A stretch of DNA of 63,486 bases, taken from the NCBI GenBank assembly GCA_017407515.1, contig JAFQWH010000051.1, positions 1 through 63,486 on the forward strand. The letters run 5' to 3'. Of the stretch, positions 58,199 to 63,486 are shown piece after piece. Below the pieces are notes generated by a model. The model was not told the DNA's origin, did no database searches, and worked only from the letters and a program-made list of their open reading frames with translations. Each line of letters opens with the position of its first letter. Position 1 is the first letter of the stretch. The position numbers were made by a program, and so were the translations under genes. This DNA is from Clostridia bacterium (GTDB lineage Bacteria; Bacillota; Clostridia; UBA1381; UBA9506).

Positions 58199-58227
58199 AT
58201 TATATAATTTCTGTCGACATTTGTCAA
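58199..58227 (-). promoter_or_regulatory. perfect-consensus sigma-A promoter, TTGACA-17-TATAAT, for the six-gene operon
   Basis: On the minus strand, TTGACA is at 58227-58222, the spacer is 17 nt, and TATAAT is at 58204-58199. It lies about 45 nt upstream of ATG 58152. Confidence 0.75.
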
Positions 58228-58256
58228 TGTTTTTGTCCTTCAATCGTTTTCGTTAT

Positions 58257-58285
58257 ACAAAAAAAGAGCAGCCTTCGCTGCTCTT
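58257..58285 (-). terminator. rho-independent terminator after the upstream zinc-ribbon gene
   Basis: AGAGCAGC-CTTC-GCTGCTCT stem followed by T7 on the minus strand. Confidence 0.85.
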
Positions 58286-58304
58286 TTATAACGCTTATTA
58301 AATT

Positions 58305-59081
58305 TTAGTCTTCGTCACCGTCTAAAACGCTTTCAATTCTGTCCTTAGAATAAAGGTCACCAACGCCGCCAACGTACCATTTACCCTTGATTTTTGCTAC
58401 AACATATTCGTCAGTATCTGAGTCATCATCTTCGGAACCCTTGATGGTTACTTTTGCTTTAAGAACGCGAATATCCTGCAGGTCTTTCGCCTCATAGTCA
58501 TAATGTTCTTCTAAGTACTCACCAAGCTCTTTTACTTCTTTTTTCTTATACTTAGTAACCTTTTTGATCTCAACCTTGGTTTTTAATCTGTTACCAAATT
58601 CATCTTCCAGATCGTCAAGTTCTTCTTCAGCATTTTCTTTAAACTCTTCAATATAATCTTCTTTGCTGTCAATATCGTTATATTCGCTATCGATAGCTTT
58701 TTCTAACTCAATCGGGTCAATTGTAAGATTATAAATTGCTTTACCATCGCCCTTGGCCATAGCCTTATAAAGCTTCTTAAGAGCTTTTTCAGAACCGTGG
58801 GTAAATACGCCACAAGCAGCTAAGATAATCAGAACTAAAATAACCGCAACAATAGGAATTGCAATCTTAATAATTTTCTGAAGCTTATCATTCCCTTTTA
58901 CAACATCCACCGCGGAATCAAAAGCACCAGTTACTGCAGCTGTTACGCCGGCAACACTAGCCCCAGCCGGTGCACTTGCTTCTTCTACAACAGGTGCTGC
59001 TACGGGCTCTAAATTAGCACCGCAACCCTCACAGAATTTTGCTTCATCAGGATTAGCCTGACCGCATCTTTCACAAAACAT
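58305..59081 (-). CDS. zinc-ribbon single-TM protein with acidic extracytoplasmic domain
   Basis: CERC-x10-CEGC ribbon, Ala-rich linker, TM IAIPIVAVILVLIILAACGVF, and a charged outer domain of about 165 aa. It has its own promoter and terminator. Confidence 0.85.
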   Translation of the reverse strand: MFCERCGQANPDEAKFCEGCGANLEPVAAPVVEEASAPAGASVAGVTAAVTGAFDSAVDVVKGNDKLQKIIKIAIPIVAVILVLIILAACGVFTHGSEKALKKLYKAMAKGDGKAIYNLTIDPIELEKAIDSEYNDIDSKEDYIEEFKENAEEELDDLEDEFGNRLKTKVEIKKVTKYKKKEVKELGEYLEEHYDYEAKDLQDIRVLKAKVTIKGSEDDDSDTDEYVVAKIKGKWYVGGVGDLYSKDRIESVLDGDED

Positions 59082-59160
59082 GTAAAAAACCCCCTATAAA
59101 ATAAGTAATAAATTAGTCTGCTAACATTTGCAAACAAGCAATATGATTTTGCCTATACAT

Positions 59161-59189
59161 ATTATACACTATCTTTTTATGAATTTCAA
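59161..59189 (-). promoter_or_regulatory. sigma-A promoter, TTGAAA-17-TATAAT
   Basis: On the minus strand, TTGAAA is at 59189-59184 and TATAAT at 59166-59161. Confidence 0.6.
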
Positions 59190-59237
59190 TAACTATTTGA
59201 TTTTTTTAATCAACAAAGAAATGTTGCTCTTTTCAAT

Positions 59238-59273
59238 ACAAAAAAACGGCACCAAATCTATTTTGGTGCCGTT
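59238..59273 (-). terminator. rho-independent terminator after the 1150-aa gene
   Basis: ACGGCACCAAA-loop-TTTGGTGCCGT stem followed by T7 on the minus strand. Confidence 0.85.
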
Positions 59274-59280
59274 TAACGGT

Positions 59281-62200
59281 TTACTGATTCACAAGTTCAA
59301 AGGTAATAGTAGCTTTTCCGTTTGCATCTAAAGGAATCATCAATCTCTGAATAACATGAGTTCCAAAAGTACCATAGCCCCTTGTTTCGTCAAAGGTTGC
59401 TGCTGTAGAGCTGTGAATATTCATGCTGCCATAGCTGCCTTCTACCGTTGACTTATAGTTTAATGTCTTTTTATCGGCGCTTTGGGTAATTACAGAGTGG
59501 AACACACCAACACTGTCATTGGGCGAGTCATAGTATCTGCCACTTCTTTTTGTGAATATCGGCAGTACAATATGTGCTTCCTTGTAGTCTGCCGCTGCAT
59601 CTGTCGGTGTATAGGTAACATCTACCGTAAAGCCGGTTTGTGTGTAGGTTGTTTTATAGGTCAGACTGCCATAAGTACCCTCGCCGCTTGTCAAATGATG
59701 ACACAGAGGAGACACAATGGTATGACCCTGGCTGTTTTCTTCTGTAATTGTTCCGTTTGCACCGCGGCTTTGATGCACGGTGCCATCCTTTAAGGTTACA
59801 TAAACGCCGCTGTAATAAACCGCTTTATCATTTTTTCCGGTAACACCTGTTGTACCATCGTTTAAATGCTGAGACAGCACCACGGGACCCGTACCCTCAG
59901 ACCAGACTGCAAAGGGTAAGCCGCCTCTGTATGCCAATAACGACTCATTGACTGTTTTCGTCGTAGAATAAGGATTTGCGTAGAAGTGCATTGCATAAAC
60001 CCCGTTTTTCTTCCACGCCAAAAGGTCCTCAGATTTCCATACCTTATCCGTTTCATAAACCGGCAAGGTAGCTGTTTCGTCCGTCCAGGGTTCCTGTGTA
60101 AAAATTTCATAGGAGCGAACGCTTGCATAGTTGGTTCGCTTATCGCTAGCAGCTGCCAACGGATTAGCTACATTAAAGATGTTTTGCTCAAGCATCGCTT
60201 CGCCAAGTTCCGGCAAGCGGTAAATTAAATCCGGGTCCAGACTTGTCGTATATCTGTTCTGGCGTAGCTGCAACAGTGTGTTGGCAAGAGGGAAACCAAC
60301 CGAGGCATAGCTAAAGTTCGGGTAAACACCACCGCCGGCACCATAACTCTGATTAACACCCTTTGCCATAATCGCCGTTGCCGAATAAGTTGAACCACTT
60401 GCTCCCCCTACCGGCATCCAGTTTAGAGCCTCCCAGGTAACATAGCGGTCCACTATGTCGTGCAATGTTGCAAAAACTGCTTCATCTCTGTTCGGCAGGC
60501 CTTTGTAAATATAATAGCAAGGATACAGATTATGCATAACCTGATTTCCATATCCGGCACTGGGCGCCATTCTCTCTAAGAAAGCACCGGTGCTGTTCTG
60601 GCCTAAGCTGTTGTAATCCACCGGGGGCTCGCCAATGCCTTCAACAGCACGTTCAAAATACCGCAGGAACCGTTCTTCGCCGGTTGCCATATAGATTTCC
60701 ATATGTGCCATTAGAATTTCTGACCACTGGTTAGTATCGTTTGCCATGTAGTTTGCCAGTTTATCGCCCATTAAGATGACCGCATTCCGCATAATTTTGG
60801 AAACTTCAGGAGATACCTTATCTTTCAGCAGATTATATGCCTGGCAAAGACCCGGGATAGTAAAGAATGTTCTTTCGCAAGGCCAGTAATCTCCGTAAGA
60901 TGTATTGGTAATGTTGCCCTGTTCATCTCTTGTAATGGTGTACGTAATACCGTAGCCACGAATCATGTGCTCCGGTGACATTTCTACAATATGGCTAAGA
61001 GTAGCCAGGGCTGCCCGGTTAACCATTGCCGTATCACCATATAAAGGATTCAATTTCGTGGGAAGACCGGCATACGCTGCCAGGTTCCCCGCCGAATAAA
61101 TATCACGCCAGCTACCGTTATGATAGGTAAAATCTTCAAAATTCTTACGGTAGTCAAGAGAACCGTTTTTAAATTCTGTAACCTGCAGGCTGCCAAGGAA
61201 GATATCATTTGGGTTCAGGTTCTGCGTTCTGCACGCATAGGCCACATCAGAAAGACCGCTGTCGTCGCCGGCAATCAAGGCTTCAACGCCGCCCATGCCA
61301 AGCTCTCTGACCTGTTCGGGCATTTCCGAAACAAAGTCAACATCAACGGTCAAATCGCCGTTATTCACAATATCAAGACTGGCATCTCTGGCTCTTGCCT
61401 GCACAACGCCGCCTAGGGTTCTGCCGTCAGAAGAGGTAGCGATGCCGCCCTTTAACTTCATCGCAGCCTCTTTTGAATTACACAAAAGACCGGGCAAGCC
61501 CTCAATAATACCTACATATAAGCCGTTAAAACTAACATTGCCGGAAACGGGCCAATAGTGATAAATATTAACGTTTTCAGGCGTACCAAAGTATGTCATC
61601 CAGTCATCAAAGGACAGTGTCCAGACTGTGTCTGCATCTTCTTCTTCAATCACGTCGCACATCAGTCTTGAATGAAGTCTTGGTTCTAAATCGGCAACGT
61701 TGCCGTTTGCTTTAAAAATTTCGGGAATTTCTGTTCCGTCTGCTTTAGTAACTGTTGGTAAAACGCCAGCATGATTGTTGGGTATCATAAACACAGCATC
61801 GGCACCAACGCAGCTTTCCGGCACATAGATATACCATTTTTTTACGTCGCCGTTTTTATCCAGCATGGTTTTATGGTTCAGTCCTATAATCATATCTCCG
61901 CGAATACCGTAATACGGTGTTTGAGGAATACCGATGGTGACTTCATCGCAGGTATGCAGACCGCCGCAGTAGGAAATTGTCCAGATACCCGGCTCGCCGG
62001 TATATTCGGGAACATCGAAAATAACACCGTCAGCGGACCCTTCCGCAGAAAAGTCATAATAACAAACAACCTTACCGTTAGGGTCAATAACACGAGCTGT
62101 TCTGAACTGTTCAAATTTTACAGGCTCACTGCTGCTGTTAGCCCTGTGGGACAAACCTACATAAATCTTATCCGGTGCGGTTTCAAAATAAGCCAGCATG

Positions 62201-62733
62201 GAAGCACCGTTTACTACATATTTCTGCCAGGTGGATCTGAACGCCTCATGAACCGGGAACTGAGCTGCTACCTCTTCATCGGACAGAACCCCCTCTGTTA
62301 CAACAGAAACCGTGTTATGCCTGTCATAGTCATTATAGATACTGCCATATGTCAAGTTAATTTCATCGGAGCGAATCAATGGCTGAACGCTGTCTGCAGA
62401 ATTTAAAACATAGGCACGAACAGACGTAATGTCTTCCGTAACATCAGTAACCGTATAGGTTTTTTCGAACCTTTCTCCCGCATCCAGAGTAACGGTTTCA
62501 GGAGTTGCTTCTTTCAGCGTGTTCCCGGCATATTTTGCCAAAACAACAGAAACCTTCTGCTCTGTTCCTTCATTGTTTTTTAGAATCAGGTCATATGTTG
62601 CATCATGTCCTGTTGCAAGGAGATTTCCCTGAAAATTACCCATAACCTCAACACCGGATGCCGGTGCTGCCATAACGGGTAATGCAGAAAGAATGAGAAA
62701 AATTCCTAAAGCAATTGCTAAATACCGTTTCAT
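59281..62733 (-). CDS. 1150-aa secreted protein of unknown function
   Basis: Signal peptide (LILSALPVMA-AP) and an N-terminal Ig-like module. The remaining region of more than 1000 aa has no motif I can assign. No SLH domain, LPXTG motif or TM anchor. Confidence 0.8.
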   Translation of the reverse strand: MKRYLAIALGIFLILSALPVMAAPASGVEVMGNFQGNLLATGHDATYDLILKNNEGTEQKVSVVLAKYAGNTLKEATPETVTLDAGERFEKTYTVTDVTEDITSVRAYVLNSADSVQPLIRSDEINLTYGSIYNDYDRHNTVSVVTEGVLSDEEVAAQFPVHEAFRSTWQKYVVNGASMLAYFETAPDKIYVGLSHRANSSSEPVKFEQFRTARVIDPNGKVVCYYDFSAEGSADGVIFDVPEYTGEPGIWTISYCGGLHTCDEVTIGIPQTPYYGIRGDMIIGLNHKTMLDKNGDVKKWYIYVPESCVGADAVFMIPNNHAGVLPTVTKADGTEIPEIFKANGNVADLEPRLHSRLMCDVIEEEDADTVWTLSFDDWMTYFGTPENVNIYHYWPVSGNVSFNGLYVGIIEGLPGLLCNSKEAAMKLKGGIATSSDGRTLGGVVQARARDASLDIVNNGDLTVDVDFVSEMPEQVRELGMGGVEALIAGDDSGLSDVAYACRTQNLNPNDIFLGSLQVTEFKNGSLDYRKNFEDFTYHNGSWRDIYSAGNLAAYAGLPTKLNPLYGDTAMVNRAALATLSHIVEMSPEHMIRGYGITYTITRDEQGNITNTSYGDYWPCERTFFTIPGLCQAYNLLKDKVSPEVSKIMRNAVILMGDKLANYMANDTNQWSEILMAHMEIYMATGEERFLRYFERAVEGIGEPPVDYNSLGQNSTGAFLERMAPSAGYGNQVMHNLYPCYYIYKGLPNRDEAVFATLHDIVDRYVTWEALNWMPVGGASGSTYSATAIMAKGVNQSYGAGGGVYPNFSYASVGFPLANTLLQLRQNRYTTSLDPDLIYRLPELGEAMLEQNIFNVANPLAAASDKRTNYASVRSYEIFTQEPWTDETATLPVYETDKVWKSEDLLAWKKNGVYAMHFYANPYSTTKTVNESLLAYRGGLPFAVWSEGTGPVVLSQHLNDGTTGVTGKNDKAVYYSGVYVTLKDGTVHQSRGANGTITEENSQGHTIVSPLCHHLTSGEGTYGSLTYKTTYTQTGFTVDVTYTPTDAAADYKEAHIVLPIFTKRSGRYYDSPNDSVGVFHSVITQSADKKTLNYKSTVEGSYGSMNIHSSTAATFDETRGYGTFGTHVIQRLMIPLDANGKATITFELVNQ

Positions 62734-62793
62734 ATTCTTCCTCCTTAAGTATATCTTTTTTAATTTATATTATCACATTGCGTATCGCCACTT

Positions 62794-62867
62794 GGCTCCC
62801 CTTGTCTACCCTCCGGGCACGCGAGGGGATCTGTCGAACGAAGTGAGACTGAGGGGTAGTCCTCTCC
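62794..62867. repeat. GC-rich hairpin module, variant 1 (GGCTCCCC...CTGAGGGGTAGTCCTCTCC)
   Basis: Shares its 5' GGCTCCCCTTG and its 3' 19-mer CTGAGGGGTAGTCCTCTCC with the module at 62937-62994. Confidence 0.8.
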
Positions 62868-62960
62868 CTCCGTCAAAACCTATGGTTTTGCCACCTCCCT
62901 CATCAGAGGGAGGCAAGGGTTGCGGCTGTGCCGCTCGGCTCCCCTTGCCAGGGGAGCTGA
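62862..62960. repeat. 99-bp direct repeat, copy 1
   Basis: 99/99 identical to 63388-63486. Contains three stem-loops: CAAAACC-TAT-GGTTTTG, CCTCCCT-CATCAG-AGGGAGG and GCTCCCC-TTGCCA-GGGGAGC. Confidence 0.95.
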
Positions 62961-62994
62961 CAGCCGCCAGGCTGGCTGAGGGGTAGTCCTCTCC
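62937..62994. repeat. GC-rich hairpin module, variant 2
   Basis: GGCTCCCCTTGCCAGGGGAGCTGACAGCCGCCAGGCTGGCTGAGGGGTAGTCCTCTCC. Two stem-loops plus the shared 19-mer. Confidence 0.8.
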
Positions 62995-63028
62995 GGTCTC
63001 ACCGCAAAGGCCGAGCCGGAAAGGGTTA

Positions 63029-63385
63029 TCACCCCATCGCTTGCTTTACTAAAATATCTATATATTCACAAACACCATTAAAGTTTTGGTTAATTTCACA
63101 ATTAGCAATTCTTACAACCTGCAAACCGTTTGCTTTTAAGTACTCTGTTCTTTCTGAATCTTCTTTTTCTTTCTGCGTTTTATAATGTTGTGAACCATCA
63201 AGTTCAATAACCAACTTTGCTTTTGCACAATAAAAATCAACTATATAATTTCCTATTGTCTTTTGCCTTTGAAATCTAATCGGGTATGACCGCAAAAACA
63301 TATACCATAATTTTCGTTCCCACGGGGTCATATTCTTCCGTAATTCTTTTGCCAGAGGAATATTGTTTTTATTATAATCCTTCAT
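63029..63385 (-). CDS. DUF559 endonuclease-like (Vsr/restriction-fold) protein
   Basis: 118 aa (LAKELRKNMTPWERKLW...RFQRQKTIGNYIVDFYC...VIELDGSQH). The likely start is MKDYNK at 63385. The ORF-track N-terminal extension to 63442 is a translation of the repeat. Confidence 0.82.
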   Translation of the reverse strand: MKDYNKNNIPLAKELRKNMTPWERKLWYMFLRSYPIRFQRQKTIGNYIVDFYCAKAKLVIELDGSQHYKTQKEKEDSERTEYLKANGLQVVRIANCEINQNFNGVCEYIDILVKQAMG

Positions 63386-63387
63386 TT

Positions 63388-63486
63388 CTCTCCCTCCGTC
63401 AAAACCTATGGTTTTGCCACCTCCCTCATCAGAGGGAGGCAAGGGTTGCGGCTGTGCCGCTCGGCTCCCCTTGCCAGGGGAGCTGA
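63388..63486. repeat. 99-bp direct repeat, copy 2 (runs to the window edge)
   Basis: Identical to 62862-62960. It supplies the GGAGGGAGAG RBS for the DUF559 ORF. Confidence 0.95.

Noticed and set aside
62693-62986. 97-aa plus-strand ORF, and the 19-codon N-terminal extension of the DUF559 ORF (63386-63442)
   Set aside because: Both are translations of the GC-rich hairpin repeats. The DUF559 homology begins at MKDYNK (63385), which has its own RBS.

Overview
This 63.5-kb window looks like chromosome from a spore-forming Firmicute, class Clostridia. The evidence is spoIVFB and spoVB, SLH-anchored wall proteins, secA followed by prfB, and DUF1934 followed by argS. The taxon is inferred, not verified. 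Most of the window is housekeeping: radA, nusB, xseA, secA, prfB, gltX, hydF, prmA, thrC, pgi, pyrK, pyrD, argS, murI, ddl, a rodA-like gene, citrate synthase, and tRNA-Val(GAC) and tRNA-Arg(ACG). Several things go beyond the ORF track. (1) A six-gene minus-strand operon (53570-58152) has a consensus promoter and flanking terminators. It encodes a vWA protein, a PP2C phosphatase and a Ser/Thr kinase, interleaved with three zinc-ribbon membrane proteins. A fourth zinc-ribbon paralog sits upstream as its own unit. The kinase and one zinc-ribbon protein share a C-terminal tail ending AGDL. This is the best candidate for an uncharacterised signalling or conflict system. (2) A 1058-aa fusion of two GT-C glycosyltransferase modules lies next to SLH surface-protein genes. 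(3) A DUF559 endonuclease-like gene is bracketed by identical 99-bp GC-rich hairpin repeats. (4) A nested repeat array lies downstream of tRNA-Arg. (5) Two tandem LexA boxes precede a YneA-like LysM gene. (6) prfB carries the programmed +1 frameshift. (7) A 219-bp element between convergent genes resembles a MITE. (8) An unlisted 53-codon ORF is coupled to a strongly promoted secreted protein. No CRISPR array, rRNA gene or transposase gene was seen.
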